Positions 1 through 9,532 of a DNA stretch of 64,000 nt are shown piece after piece (positions within the stretch are counted from its first letter, which is position 1; every line of letters begins with the position of its first letter). Position numbers and translations under genes: made by a program. Origin of the DNA: an uncultured Chloroflexia bacterium (lineage in GTDB: Bacteria; Chloroflexota; Limnocylindria; Limnocylindrales; CSP1-4); the NCBI GenBank assembly GCA_963732805.1, contig CAVTAW010000001.1, forward strand, positions 1,579,095 to 1,643,094, in the 5' to 3' direction. The notes beneath the pieces were generated by a model. That model did not search any database. It was not told the origin of the DNA and worked only from the letters and a program-made list of their open reading frames with translations.

Positions 1-670
1 AGAACCGGGGCATGCGGGCGGTGTCGGCGGCCGCCCAGGCGCGGGGGCCGACCGCGGCCATCGCCATGCCGGGCGCTGCCATCCACGCCTTCTGGGAGCC
101 CGTGACCACGAGGTCGAGGCCCCAGGCGTCCATCGCGAACGGGACCGCGCCCAGCGCGGAGATCGCGTCGACCAGGATGAGCGCTTCCGGGGCAACCTCC
201 CGGATCACCGCGGCCAGGTCGTCGATCCGGTTGGTCACGCCGGTCGAGGTCTCATTGTGGGTCAGCAGCACGGCCTTCAGGCCCGGGATCGCGGCCGCCG
301 CGGAACGCACCGCCGGTGGCTCGGCCGCCTCGCCCCACTCGACCTCGAGCCGCGTCACCGAGGCGCCGTACACCTCGGCGACCTTGGCGAACCGGTCGCC
401 GAACGCGCCGATCGTGACGGCCAGGACCGGATCGCCCGGTGACAGCACGTTCACCACGGCCGCCTCGAGCGCACCCGTGCCGGCGCAGGTGAGCAGGATC
501 ACCTCGTGCTCCGTGCCGAAGTACGGCTTCATGCCCGCCTCGACGCGCCCGAGCAGCGCCTTGAACTCCTCGCCCCGGTGGTTGACCATCTGGCGCCCGC
601 CTGCCTCGCGGACCGACGGCGGCAGGGCGGTGGGTCCGGGGATGCGCAGGTTGGGTTCAAAGCGGCTCAC
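1..670 (-). CDS. Class V PLP aminotransferase (serine-glyoxylate / alanine-glyoxylate type); 3' end runs off the window
   Basis: My own minus-strand translation from GTG at 670 gives SRFEPNLRIPGPTALPPSVREAGGRQMVNHRGEEFKALL...LVVTGSQKAWMAAPGMAMAAVGPRAW and stays open to position 1. It is absent from the ORF track because there is no stop in the window. The + ORF 12..743 is its antisense shadow. Confidence 0.8.
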   Translation of the reverse strand, partial: MSRFEPNLRIPGPTALPPSVREAGGRQMVNHRGEEFKALLGRVEAGMKPYFGTEHEVILLTCAGTGALEAAVVNVLSPGDPVLAVTIGAFGDRFAKVAEVYGASVTRLEVEWGEAAEPPAVRSAAAAIPGLKAVLLTHNETSTGVTNRIDDLAAVIREVAPEALILVDAISALGAVPFAMDAWGLDLVVTGSQKAWMAAPGMAMAAVGPRAWAAADTARMPRF

Positions 671-743
671 GGCGGTTCTCCTGGGATCGCGAGGGGTGCC
701 AGCCGATGGTGGGGGAGTGACACCGATCTGTCCACCGTGGTAG

Positions 744-757
744 ATATGACGTCATAT
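744..757. promoter_or_regulatory. Perfect 14-bp palindrome ATATGACGTCATAT overlapping the putative -10 (TAGATA 741-746) and the vapB start codon; candidate autoregulatory operator
   Basis: Read directly: atatgac|gtcatat is self-complementary. It is AT-rich in a GC-rich context, and its last two bases are the first two bases of the ATG at 756. Confidence 0.4.
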
Positions 758-1004
758 GTCCACGCTGCGAACGACCATCCTCGTCGACGCCGACCTGCTG
801 GACCGGCTCGACCGCCACGTCCGCCGGCAGCGGACGACCAAGACCGCCGTCGTCGCGGCGGCGCTCGAAGCCTGGCTCGACGGGCACGAGGCCACGCCGG
901 AGTTCCCGTTCCTGGGGATCGGGCGCAGCGCCCACGGCCGCCTCTCCCTCGACGGGCGGTCCATCGCGCGCCGCGAGGCGGGCCGCCGGCCGGGCGACCG
1001 CTAG
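756..1004 (+). CDS. vapB: Ribbon-helix-helix (CopG/VapB-like) antitoxin
   Basis: 82 aa. The N-terminus MSTLRTTILVDADLLDRLDRHVRRQRTTKTAVVAAALEAWL is typical of RHH antitoxins. It lies 9 nt upstream of a PIN-domain gene. Confidence 0.7.
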   Translation: MSTLRTTILVDADLLDRLDRHVRRQRTTKTAVVAAALEAWLDGHEATPEFPFLGIGRSAHGRLSLDGRSIARREAGRRPGDR

Positions 1005-1013
1005 GGCGAGCGG

Positions 1014-1427
1014 ATGGCGATCCTGCTCGATCCGTCTGCGATCCTGGCCGCGGCCGACGCGGCCGACCTCAACCACCGGGCCGCGGTCGCCTGGTTCGAG
1101 CGCGCCGACGAGCCGCTGCTGCTCGGTGCCCTCGGGCTCGGCGAGCTGGACGTCCTGCTCCAGCGCGAGCTGGGCGCAGCTGCCTCGCGCGCGGTGGTCG
1201 CCTCGATCGTCGCGGGCGCGATCCGGCTCGTGACCCCGACCCCCGAGGACCTCGCGCGCGCCGCGGAGCTCCTGACCGAGGCGGCGGAGCATCGGCCGCG
1301 CCTCGCCGACGCCGTGCTCGTGGCGACCGCGGAGCGGCTGGGGATCCGGCGCGTCGCCGCGTTCGACCGCCGCCCCCTCGCGGTGTTCCAACCACGGCAC
1401 GCTCGCGGGCTCGAGTTCGAACCCTGA
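1014..1427 (+). CDS. vapC: PIN-domain ribonuclease toxin (VapC family)
   Basis: 137 aa. MAILLDPSAI... carries an N-terminal acidic residue, then LGELD, RLADAVLVATAERLG and AAFDRR, matching the PIN acidic quartet layout. It is paired with the RHH gene. Confidence 0.75.
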   Translation: MAILLDPSAILAAADAADLNHRAAVAWFERADEPLLLGALGLGELDVLLQRELGAAASRAVVASIVAGAIRLVTPTPEDLARAAELLTEAAEHRPRLADAVLVATAERLGIRRVAAFDRRPLAVFQPRHARGLEFEP

Positions 1428-1491
1428 TCGTTGCCGGGAATCGAAACGGGGCCGGCGTCGCCGGCCCCGTCGTGCGTGGAGGAGGGGCGCG

Positions 1492-2136
1492 TCAGGCGAG
1501 CCGCTTGACGACGACGGTGCCCGCCTGGACGTCGTGGAAGCCCTGGCGCTTGGGGCTCTGCGACGCCGTGTACAGCAGGTACAGCGTGTACAGGAAGGCG
1601 AGCAGGCTGAGGATCGGCGACAGCCAGTAGATGTCCGAGGCCCCGAAGGCGAACTGGCCGACGCTGGCGATGGCCTGCGGGCCGAACAGGAACGCCCAGC
1701 GGCGGATCGCCTGATCGCGGGTCAGGGTCGCGCCGTCGGCGGCGTTCACGGTCTCCAGGTTCAGGATCTTCTGACCTGGCGAGGCGCGCATCGTCGTCCA
1801 CGTGTAGACGAAGTAGACGGCGCTCGCGAGCAGCACCACCACGGCGAGGATCAGCCCGGCGATGATCGCCAGGATGAAGCCCCCCGTGAGGAGGCTCGCG
1901 AAGATCGCGACCCCGAGCACGGCGGCCACGATGAACGTGCCGATCGCGAGCAGGATCGAGTCGATGACGTAGGCGATGATGCGGGTGACGAGATCCGAGT
2001 ACGCCACGCCCGGTGCCGGACCGGCGGCGACGGGCGCCTGCTGGAACTGGGGCGGGGGACTCGCCGGGCTCGGCGGCGGGGTCTGCCAGTTGCCTGAGTC
2101 CTGGGGGGGCGGCGGCCCCCCGGCCGGATCCGTCAT
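1492..2136 (-). CDS. RDD-family membrane protein with Pro-rich N-terminus
   Basis: The ORF 1492..2184 is trimmed to ATG 2136, which is preceded by GGGAGAGG. The protein has a YSDLVTRIIAYVIDSILL motif, three hydrophobic segments and a C-terminal GFHDVQAGTVVV motif typical of RDD proteins. Confidence 0.75.
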   Translation of the reverse strand: MTDPAGGPPPPQDSGNWQTPPPSPASPPPQFQQAPVAAGPAPGVAYSDLVTRIIAYVIDSILLAIGTFIVAAVLGVAIFASLLTGGFILAIIAGLILAVVVLLASAVYFVYTWTTMRASPGQKILNLETVNAADGATLTRDQAIRRWAFLFGPQAIASVGQFAFGASDIYWLSPILSLLAFLYTLYLLYTASQSPKRQGFHDVQAGTVVVKRLA

Positions 2137-2425
2137 CGAACACCTCTCCCTCGTCGGCGCCTGTGCGCCAGTCGTGCGAAGCATACGGCTTCACTCCTGC
2201 GCGGGGAAGCCCCGTACGTTGCCATATCGCAACGGGGCAACCACCCAGGGTGCGATCGTTTCGGTTCCCGGTGCATCAGGTGAATCGCGTGGCGTTCAGT
2301 CCGGCATGGATTACGTGGATCCGAACAACGTCGCAGGATCATCGGATTCGTTTGGCGGCGTCGTGGATTCGTGTCATCATGCGGGCGCCCATCGCCGCAC
2401 CGTCCTCCAGGAGACGTCGAGCAAC

Positions 2426-2737
2426 ATGCAAATCCGAGCCGCGAAGTTCGAGGAGCTCGTCCCCAAGCCGAAGGAGCGAGCCCTCTCCCCCCGGCAGCTC
2501 GCCGCCCTGCAGCGCGAGGAAGAGATTCGCAAGGCGCTGGCGCGCCTGAAGTCCGACGACGATCTCGTGGCACTGGAGCTCGATCCGGCGGAGAAGATCC
2601 CGACCATGCGGGCCGCCGTCAAGAAGGCGATCGCCGGTCACAAGCCGGGAACGAACATGGCGATCCGGGGTCGGACGATCTACCTCTCGACCGGCAAGCT
2701 GCCGGGCGGCCGGGGGCGGCGGTCCAGGGCCGCCTGA
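2426..2737 (+). CDS. Hypothetical small basic protein (103 aa)
   Basis: ATG at 2426 follows caGGAGacg. The protein-like part of ORF 1976..2737 is MQIRAAKFEELVPKPKERALSPRQLAALQREEEIRKALARL... I recognise no family. Confidence 0.5.
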   Translation: MQIRAAKFEELVPKPKERALSPRQLAALQREEEIRKALARLKSDDDLVALELDPAEKIPTMRAAVKKAIAGHKPGTNMAIRGRTIYLSTGKLPGGRGRRSRAA

Positions 2738-2818
2738 CGCGGGCCGTACCTTCGTCGCATCCACAGCGTCCTGCGCGTCATTCTCCGACGGCCCCATGCG
2801 ACCTCGGAGCTTCCCAGC

Positions 2819-3754
2819 GTGACCTCGATCCGCCATCTCGGCTGGCGCCGAACCATCGCCCTGCTGCTCGCCCTCGCGGTGCTCGGTGCAGCCGTCGCGT
2901 GGCTGAACCCGCTCGGCGTCCGGACGCGGCTGCATGAGGTCGTGACCCGCCTGGTCCTGATCGTCGATCCGCCGCCCGACCGGCCCGTGGCCGAGACCGT
3001 CCACGTCTCGTCGCGCGAGTCGCCATCACCGACACCAACACCGGCGCCGACGCCGCTCGCGAGCGTGGGCGGCACGTCGAGCGGAGCCCCGCCGTCGGCC
3101 GCCCCCACCGTCACGCCCACGCCGATGCCCCAGCGGGCGAAGGTCGATGTCAACGTGCTGCAGCACCCGGAGAACCACTTCGTCAGCGAGCAGGCCAACG
3201 ACACGTGGTGCGCGGTCGCGGGGACCCAGATGGTGCTCAACATCTGGGGCAAGGCACCGACGACGCTCGCATTCGAGAAGGAGCTCGCGTCGCGGATCGG
3301 CGAATGGGAGAGCCGCCGGGACAGCCTCAACGGGGGCTGGGGACCATCCGCGATCGCGGCCGCGCTCGACGCCTACGGCGTGCATGGCTACGAGGTTCGC
3401 GCCTACGACACCCGGGCAGACGCCCTGTACGACGCCGCCCGCGCCATCGAGAAGCAGCATGCGCCCGTCCTGCTGATGGCGTGGCGCGGCGCCCATACCT
3501 GGGTGATGACCGGGTTCCGGGCCGACGCGGATCCGCTGGTGTTCGGCGACGCAACGGTCAAGGGCGCGTACATCCTCGACCCGTGGTACCCGCTGATCTC
3601 GTCGATCTGGGGCCCGTCGGATCCGCCCGGCAGCTTCGAGGATCTGCAGTCGATGCGGATCAACTACCTGCCCTGGAAGCGGCCGGAGGGCCACTACAAG
3701 GACCGCGACGGCCTGTTCATCGCCGTCGTCCCGACGCAGCCCCTCAACCGCTAG
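2819..3754 (+). CDS. Membrane-anchored or secreted protein with putative papain-like (C39-like) cysteine peptidase domain
   Basis: 311 aa with an N-terminal TM/signal (IALLLALAVLGAAVAWL) and a Pro/Thr/Ser linker. The domain has a candidate catalytic Cys (NDTWCAVAGTQMVL) and His (GAHTWVMTGF). The family assignment rests on motif resemblance only. Confidence 0.55.
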   Translation: MTSIRHLGWRRTIALLLALAVLGAAVAWLNPLGVRTRLHEVVTRLVLIVDPPPDRPVAETVHVSSRESPSPTPTPAPTPLASVGGTSSGAPPSAAPTVTPTPMPQRAKVDVNVLQHPENHFVSEQANDTWCAVAGTQMVLNIWGKAPTTLAFEKELASRIGEWESRRDSLNGGWGPSAIAAALDAYGVHGYEVRAYDTRADALYDAARAIEKQHAPVLLMAWRGAHTWVMTGFRADADPLVFGDATVKGAYILDPWYPLISSIWGPSDPPGSFEDLQSMRINYLPWKRPEGHYKDRDGLFIAVVPTQPLNR

Positions 3755-5126
3755 TCGAGGCCTGCGGCATCGCCGGCGCCGGCTCGGACGCGCCGGCCGG
3801 CGGGCCGGCGCGCATCCGCCACGCCAGGGCCGCTCCCTGGAGGGCTGCCCGGACCGCGGCGCCGGACGCGAAGCCGATCCCGATCGCGACCACGCCCAGT
3901 GGCGGGACGAGCGCGCTGGTCACCGCGATCGTGACCAGGAACCCGGCGACCGACGCTAGGACGGGGAGCACGGTGTTGTGGGTCGCGTACAGGCCGCGCG
4001 CGAACAGGTGGCTGAGCGACTCGAACGGGACCGAGACCGCGAAGCGCGGCGAGGACGTGGCCGTGCGCCGGACGGCCTCCGCATCGAACGCGCCGCCGCC
4101 GAGCAGGACCTCGATCGCGAGCGGGCCCACCAGCGCGAGGCCGATCGCTGCGGCGACGGTGAGCACGGTGATCGTCAGGGTGCTGGTCCGGACCTGCCGT
4201 CGGAAGGCCGGCCGGTCGCCCGCAGCCCACGCGCCCGACAGGGCGGGGAACGCGGCGACCGCGATGGCCACCCCGATGAGCGACACCGGCACGCTCTGGA
4301 AGTTGCGCGCGAAGCTGAGCGCCGTGACGCTGCCCGCGGCGAGGGTGCTCGCGACGTTGTTGAAGAACAGGAAGGTCAGCGGCTCGACCGGGTGGCTGAG
4401 CATCTTGGGCACCATCAGGCGCAGGAACTCGTGGAGCGCGGCCATCCGGAGGTCGAGCCTCGGTCGGAGCCGGATCGGCGTGAGGGCGATGCCGGCCACG
4501 CGGATGCCGAGGTGCATGCAGGCGCCGGCGACGGCGCCCACGGCGGCCGCCTGGATCCCGATCCGGTCGTGGAGCAGCAGGGTGCCGCCGGCGATCCCGA
4601 CGTTGTACAGGATCGGGGCCAGCGCATAGAACAGGAACCGCCGCTCGGCGACCAGGATCTCGCCCAGGGCGATGGACGCCGCGAAGATCACCGGCGTCAG
4701 GAGCATGATCCGGAACAGCTCCAGGTAGCGCTGCCGGTTGACCGGGTCGAACCCCGGCGCGACCACGTCGATCGTTGCCGGGGCAACCAGGAGCAGGAGC
4801 AGGCAGGCGGCGCTCATGACCAGGACCGCCAGGGTGAGGACCGTCTGCGCGAACCGGGCCGCCGCGGCCGCGTCGCCACGGCGCAGCGTGGTGAACACCG
4901 GGACGAACGGAGCGGTGAGGCCGGCGGCGACAAGGACGTCGAGCGCCAGCTCGGGCAGCTGGAACGCCGCGTTGTAGGCGTCGAGCTCGGCACCCACGCC
5001 GAACGTGCGGGCGAAGATCCGGTCGCGGAGCAGTCCCGCGAGGTAGCTGCCGAAGGTGAGGACGGCGAGCAGGACCGCGCCCTGGGGCAGGAACCGGCCC
5101 GTCAGGGCTCGAACCCTCTCGATCAC
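3744..5126 (-). CDS. murJ: Lipid II flippase MurJ/MviN
   Basis: 460 aa, polytopic. The N-terminus ...SYLAGLLRDRIFARTFGVGAELDAYNAAFQLPE is characteristic of MurJ. GTG start is preceded by GAGGGAGG. Confidence 0.8.
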   Translation of the reverse strand: MIERVRALTGRFLPQGAVLLAVLTFGSYLAGLLRDRIFARTFGVGAELDAYNAAFQLPELALDVLVAAGLTAPFVPVFTTLRRGDAAAAARFAQTVLTLAVLVMSAACLLLLLVAPATIDVVAPGFDPVNRQRYLELFRIMLLTPVIFAASIALGEILVAERRFLFYALAPILYNVGIAGGTLLLHDRIGIQAAAVGAVAGACMHLGIRVAGIALTPIRLRPRLDLRMAALHEFLRLMVPKMLSHPVEPLTFLFFNNVASTLAAGSVTALSFARNFQSVPVSLIGVAIAVAAFPALSGAWAAGDRPAFRRQVRTSTLTITVLTVAAAIGLALVGPLAIEVLLGGGAFDAEAVRRTATSSPRFAVSVPFESLSHLFARGLYATHNTVLPVLASVAGFLVTIAVTSALVPPLGVVAIGIGFASGAAVRAALQGAALAWRMRAGPPAGASEPAPAMPQASTSG

Positions 5127-5252
5127 CGATCCTCCCTCGTCACGGGTGCGTCGACACCGGCCGTGTGACGCCCGGATGCCCGATGGTGGGACGGTAGGCG
5201 ATCGGGCCGCTCCGCGTCCCGGGTTCCGGGACGCGCCGGCAGCCGGGCGGGC

Positions 5253-6539
5253 TCAGGCCTGCGGTTGCGCGGGCACGGTTGCGGACGCGCCGACCACGCC
5301 GTCCCTGCGTCGCCGGGCCGGCAGCGGCCGCGACAGCCGGCGCCGGAGGCGATCGATGGCGGCCGGCAGCGGCCGATCGAGGAACATCACGAGGCCGATC
5401 ACCGCCGGCACCAGGCACAGCAGCAGCGCGACCGTCAGGTCCACGACCCCGGCCTGGACGAGCGCGCTGGCGATGAGGGGCATCGCCACGCCGCGCGCGC
5501 CCGTGAGGGCGTTCCAGCCGGCCATCGCGGCGCCGCGATCCTCGAGCGACGTGTGCGCCGTCAGGGCGCCCTGGATGCCGACATCGATCGCCGCCGCGGA
5601 CAGGCCGCCGAGGACGGCGGCTCCCCACAGCACCCGGACATCCGGCGCCACCGCGTACATCGCCAGCGACGCGACGCCGAACATCGCACCCAGGCGGAGG
5701 CCGAGCGCGAACCCGCGCCGGTCCACGAGCGCTCCCCAGGCGACATAGGAACCGGTGGTGGCAACCGCGGCGAGCACGGCGACGAGGCCGACGTCGGCCA
5801 GCGACAGGTGCAACCGGTCGACGTAGACGAGCGCGTACAGCGGTGCGGCGGCGATCTGCCCGCCGCCGAAGAACGCCTGGGCGAGGACCACCCGGCTGAG
5901 CCTCGGCCTCGTGGTCAAGGCCCGGACGGCGTCGCGAGGCGAGAAGGATCGCGCCGGCAGCGGGGTTGCCGAGCGCAGGCCGAGCGCGGCGATGGCACAC
6001 CCCGCGCCCACGAGCCCGGCCATGGACACCGCGATCGGTACCCCGAGCCGGTCCGCCACCAGCCCCACGCTGAGCGCCGACGCTCCGGCGGCCGCCGCCT
6101 TGGCCATGCCCAGGGTGCCGATCACCCGGCCGCGGACGTCGACCGGGTACATGGCGCCCCACAGTCGGGTCTGGAATGGCACCCCGAACGACACCGTGAG
6201 CCAGAACAGGGCCGCCGCGAGCACGATCAACGAGGGGCTCGGGGCGAGCGCGACCGCGACCAGCAGCAGGGCGCCCGCCACCCGCAGCGCGGCGAACCCG
6301 CGCACGTCCTGGGGACCGATCCGTCCCGAGAAGGCGCTCAGCAGGTTGCCCAGGTACGGCGCAGACGCGAGGGCGGCGATCCCGAGGGGAACGAGGCCAC
6401 CCTGGCGCGCGATCGACGGGAGCAGGCCGCCGACGACGGCCACCGTGACCCCGCCGCCCACGGCAATCACGGCGTCGAGCGCCACGTTGCGACGGAGTCC
6501 GTCGGCCCGGATGAAGAAGGGTTGCCGAGTGGCGACCAC
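5253..6539 (-). CDS. MFS transporter
   Basis: 428 aa with roughly 12 hydrophobic segments and MFS-like loop motifs (VDRRGFALGLRLG, ADRLGVP). Confidence 0.8.
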   Translation of the reverse strand: MVATRQPFFIRADGLRRNVALDAVIAVGGGVTVAVVGGLLPSIARQGGLVPLGIAALASAPYLGNLLSAFSGRIGPQDVRGFAALRVAGALLLVAVALAPSPSLIVLAAALFWLTVSFGVPFQTRLWGAMYPVDVRGRVIGTLGMAKAAAAGASALSVGLVADRLGVPIAVSMAGLVGAGCAIAALGLRSATPLPARSFSPRDAVRALTTRPRLSRVVLAQAFFGGGQIAAAPLYALVYVDRLHLSLADVGLVAVLAAVATTGSYVAWGALVDRRGFALGLRLGAMFGVASLAMYAVAPDVRVLWGAAVLGGLSAAAIDVGIQGALTAHTSLEDRGAAMAGWNALTGARGVAMPLIASALVQAGVVDLTVALLLCLVPAVIGLVMFLDRPLPAAIDRLRRRLSRPLPARRRRDGVVGASATVPAQPQA

Positions 6540-6731
6540 GATGACCTCGCGCGATACGGGCGAGGCCTACGAGGTGAGCTGTCGGGCTGGGCCGGCCTTG
6601 GTTCGGCCCTCGCGGACGATCCGCGATTCGCCCCGAGGGTTCGGGTCCCCCGTCCTCATCGCTGAGGTTCGGCCAGCAACCATTGTAGCCTGCCTCCGGC
6701 CCCGTGCCGGATAGCCAATTCGTCCCGGTCG

Positions 6732-7361
6732 CTACCCGTGCCGGACGGTGTCGAGCAGCTCCGGTGGGAACGTCGTGTCGCGATCGCCCAGCTGCAGCGA
6801 GCGGAACGTGGCGAGCGCGGCTTCCTCGAGGTTGAGCGCACGGCGGTAGGCCATCTCGAGGGTATCGCCCAGGGTCGAGCAGCCGTGGTAGCGGAGGATG
6901 AGCGCATTGCACGAGGCGGCCGCCGACGCGGCCGCCATGGCCAGCTCGTCGGTTCCCGTCGGCAGATAGGGAACTCGCTCCACGCGCCGCAGGTAGGCGA
7001 CGTGATCGAGGGTCAGCAGGCGGACAGGGTAGCCGAGCGCATCGAGCACCACCGCCAGCTGGGGATGGAGATGGACGATCGCGTTGACGTCGGTCCGGGC
7101 CTGGTACGTCCGCCAGTGAAGCCGCCACTCAGTGGACGGCACCGGGTTGCCGCGGACGACCTCGCCATCGAGGTTCATGACCGTGAAGTCCGACGGTTCC
7201 AGGCGGTCGAGCCAGGTGCCCGCCGCGGTCACGACGTACCCGCGCTCGTCGGGCAGACGGGCCGAGAGGTTGCCGCCCGAGGCCAGCACCAGGCCTCTCC
7301 GGACGGCGTCGAGGCCGACGCCGGTCAGCCCGTCGATGAGCGTGTCGGCGGACCCTGTCAT
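6732..7361 (-). CDS. Class II aldolase/adducin-family protein
   Basis: 209 aa. GNLSARL, EWRLHWRTY and NAIVHLHP motifs match the class II aldolase fold. Its ATG overlaps the rarA stop (ATGA). Confidence 0.8.
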   Translation of the reverse strand: MTGSADTLIDGLTGVGLDAVRRGLVLASGGNLSARLPDERGYVVTAAGTWLDRLEPSDFTVMNLDGEVVRGNPVPSTEWRLHWRTYQARTDVNAIVHLHPQLAVVLDALGYPVRLLTLDHVAYLRRVERVPYLPTGTDELAMAAASAAASCNALILRYHGCSTLGDTLEMAYRRALNLEEAALATFRSLQLGDRDTTFPPELLDTVRHG

Positions 7362-8899
7362 GCGTCGGCGTCCTTGCGCTCGGCGTCCGCGAGCCGACGT
7401 CGGCTTTCCTCCCGCTGGCGGATCAGCTTGGATCCGGCGCCCATGCCGTCCACCTGCGGTCCGGGCACCGGGTCACGGGGCGTCCGGCCCCGGGCGCGCG
7501 CCTCCTCCCGGGCGGCCTCGCGAGCGGCCATCCGCTCGCCGATCGTCCGCTCATACCCCTGGTCGCTGGGCACGTAGTAGCGCCGGTCGGCCAGCTCGTC
7601 GGGCAGGTACTGCTGGTCCACGTCATGCCCCTCGAACTCGTGCGGGTACCGATAGCCCACGCCGATGCCGTGATGCTTCATCCGGCGGTCCGCGGCGTTG
7701 CGCAGGTGAAGCGGCACGGGGAGCGAGCCCCGTTCCACCATGTCGGCCACGGCCGCCCAGTAGGCAGCACCCGACCGGTTGGACTTGGGGGCGGTGGCGA
7801 TGAACGTCGCCGCCTGCGCGAGCGCGTACTGGGCCTCGGGCAGCCCCACGTGGTCGAGCGCCTGCGCCGCCGCGACCGCGACCTGGAGCGCCCGGGGATC
7901 GGCGTTGCCCACGTCCTCCGAGGCGCTGATGATCAACCGGCGGGCGATGAACCGCGGGTCCTCGCCCGCGGCGATCATCGCCGCCAGCCAGTACAGCGCG
8001 GCGTCCGGGTCGTTGCCCCGCAGGCTCTTGATGAACGCCGACACGGTGTCGTAGTGGCCGTCACCGGCCCGGTCATAGGCAAGGACTCGCTGCTGCGCGG
8101 CGGCCTCCACGTCGCCCAGGGTGGGAGAGACGGTCCCGTCCCCGGAGCGATGGCCCTCGTCGACGGCCAGCGCCACGGCCCCTTCGAGGACGTTGAGCGC
8201 CTGGCGCGCGTCGCCGCCCGACAGGTCCACGAGATGGTCGAAGGCGTCCTGGGCGAGGGCGACGCCACCCTCCGGCCCGAGGGCACCCGCGAGACCTCGC
8301 TCGGCGTCGTCCAGCGCGCGTCCGACGATCGTCGCCACATCCTCGTCGCTCAGGGGCTCCAGCCGCCAGACGCGCATTCGTGACAGCAGCGCCGAGTTGA
8401 CCTCGAAGTACGGGTTCTCGGTCGTGGTTCCCGTCAGGGTGATCGTCCCGTCCTCGACGTAGGGGAGGAGGGCGTCCTGCTGACCCTTGTTGAAGCGATG
8501 GATCTCGTCCACGAACAGGACCGTTCGCTGGCCGTGAAGGTTCAGCCGCTCCTGCGCCTCGGCGATCGCTGCGCGGACATCTGCGACGCCGGCCGCGACC
8601 GCCGAGATGGGGGTGAAGTGAGCGCCGACCGCTTCCGCGAGGATACGGGCAAGCGTTGTCTTGCCGGTGCCCGGCGGGCCCCACAGGATGATCGACGGGT
8701 GATGTCCACGGGCCACCGACCGCCGGAGGGGCCCGCGCTCGCCGACGAGGTGCTCCTGCCCGACGAACTCGTCGAGACTGCGCGGCCGCATCCGCGCCGC
8801 GAGCGGCTGTCGCTCTGGCGGTGGCTTGAACAGCGCCTCGGGACGGGCGCCGGATGGCGTACGACGAGTCGGCATTGGCGGCAGTCTACGTGTGGCCAC
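7358..8899 (-). CDS. rarA: Replication-associated recombination protein A (RarA/MgsA, AAA+)
   Basis: 513 aa. It has LDEFVGQEHL, Walker [46 protein letters not shown], and the MgsA C-terminal domain motif RFIARRLII. An alternative ATG start lies at 8875. Confidence 0.9.
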   Translation of the reverse strand: MATRRLPPMPTRRTPSGARPEALFKPPPERQPLAARMRPRSLDEFVGQEHLVGERGPLRRSVARGHHPSIILWGPPGTGKTTLARILAEAVGAHFTPISAVAAGVADVRAAIAEAQERLNLHGQRTVLFVDEIHRFNKGQQDALLPYVEDGTITLTGTTTENPYFEVNSALLSRMRVWRLEPLSDEDVATIVGRALDDAERGLAGALGPEGGVALAQDAFDHLVDLSGGDARQALNVLEGAVALAVDEGHRSGDGTVSPTLGDVEAAAQQRVLAYDRAGDGHYDTVSAFIKSLRGNDPDAALYWLAAMIAAGEDPRFIARRLIISASEDVGNADPRALQVAVAAAQALDHVGLPEAQYALAQAATFIATAPKSNRSGAAYWAAVADMVERGSLPVPLHLRNAADRRMKHHGIGVGYRYPHEFEGHDVDQQYLPDELADRRYYVPSDQGYERTIGERMAAREAAREEARARGRTPRDPVPGPQVDGMGAGSKLIRQREESRRRLADAERKDADA

Positions 8900-8989
8900 C
8901 CGTTCATGTACCTCGCCGGTCCAGGCTGCGAACGCCCCACGGGCTGACGGCCCGTGACCCGGGCGAGCCTCGGGTGAAAGCTCCGCGGC

Positions 8990-9430
8990 TCAGGCGATCT
9001 TGACGAGCCCCATGACGTCGATCGCGATCCACAGCGCGACCAGGACGACCAGCAGCAGCGCAGCGATCCGGACGATGTCGCGGATGTCGCGGGCGACGTA
9101 TGCGTACTCCACCTCGGGCCGGATCGACCGGGCGCCGGCGTTCTCGCGGGCGACCACGGCTCGTTCCTGGGAGCGGCGCCGGGTGCTCTCGGCGGCGCGC
9201 TCCTCGGCCAGCAGGGCCGCCTCGATCTGGGCCGCGCGCTGCACCTCGGCGTCGGTCAGGCCGCCCGGCCGAGGGGCGGACACGGGGGTCGGTGCTGCGC
9301 TGGCCGCGGGCTCGAACGCCGGGCGCGGGGACGCGGACGCGGGACGCCGATCGATCGGCCGGCGCCGGCCGGGACGGGAGCTGCCGCGGACGCGCTTCGC
9401 CATGACGGGGTGCTGGGCCTCCTTGGGCAC
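8990..9430 (-). CDS. Hypothetical tail-anchored membrane protein (Arg/Pro-rich N-terminus, C-terminal TM)
   Basis: 146 aa. The C-terminus IAALLLVVLVALWIAIDVMGLV is a clear TM segment. AAGGAGG lies inside the first codons, so ATG 9403 is an alternative start. Confidence 0.5.
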   Translation of the reverse strand: MPKEAQHPVMAKRVRGSSRPGRRRPIDRRPASASPRPAFEPAASAAPTPVSAPRPGGLTDAEVQRAAQIEAALLAEERAAESTRRRSQERAVVARENAGARSIRPEVEYAYVARDIRDIVRIAALLLVVLVALWIAIDVMGLVKIA

Positions 9431-9532
9431 GGCGCCGGGTGCGGCACCGTCGGCGGCAGAGGATACACCGGGTCGCTCCGGCGCCGGGTGTCGCGGCCCG
9501 TCGCGCTACGTGGCAGGCGATGGCCGGCTGCT

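Noticed and set aside
12-743. A 243-aa plus-strand ORF at the left edge.
   Set aside because: It is antisense to the clearly recognisable class V aminotransferase reading frame, and its product is Ala/Ser/Thr/Arg-rich with no motifs.
5140-7128. A 662-aa minus-strand ORF and similar giant ORFs: 15545..17899 (784 aa), 27722..29938 (738 aa), 32393..34630 (745 aa), 47062..49128 (688 aa), 48819..50876 (685 aa), 53054..55105 (683 aa), 56419..58794 (791 aa) and 59383..61605 (740 aa).
   Set aside because: Their products are monotonous Arg/Pro/Gly/Ala-rich sequences with no recognisable motifs. Each lies antisense to or out of frame with a gene that has clear family signatures. They are the typical stop-codon-poor shadow ORFs of very GC-rich DNA.
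8647-8662. A possible fifth LacI-type operator (GCAAGCGTTGTCTTGC) inside rarA.
   Set aside because: Only one half-site matches. The symmetry and spacing differ from the other four sites, and it lies in the middle of a coding region (the Walker A area of rarA).
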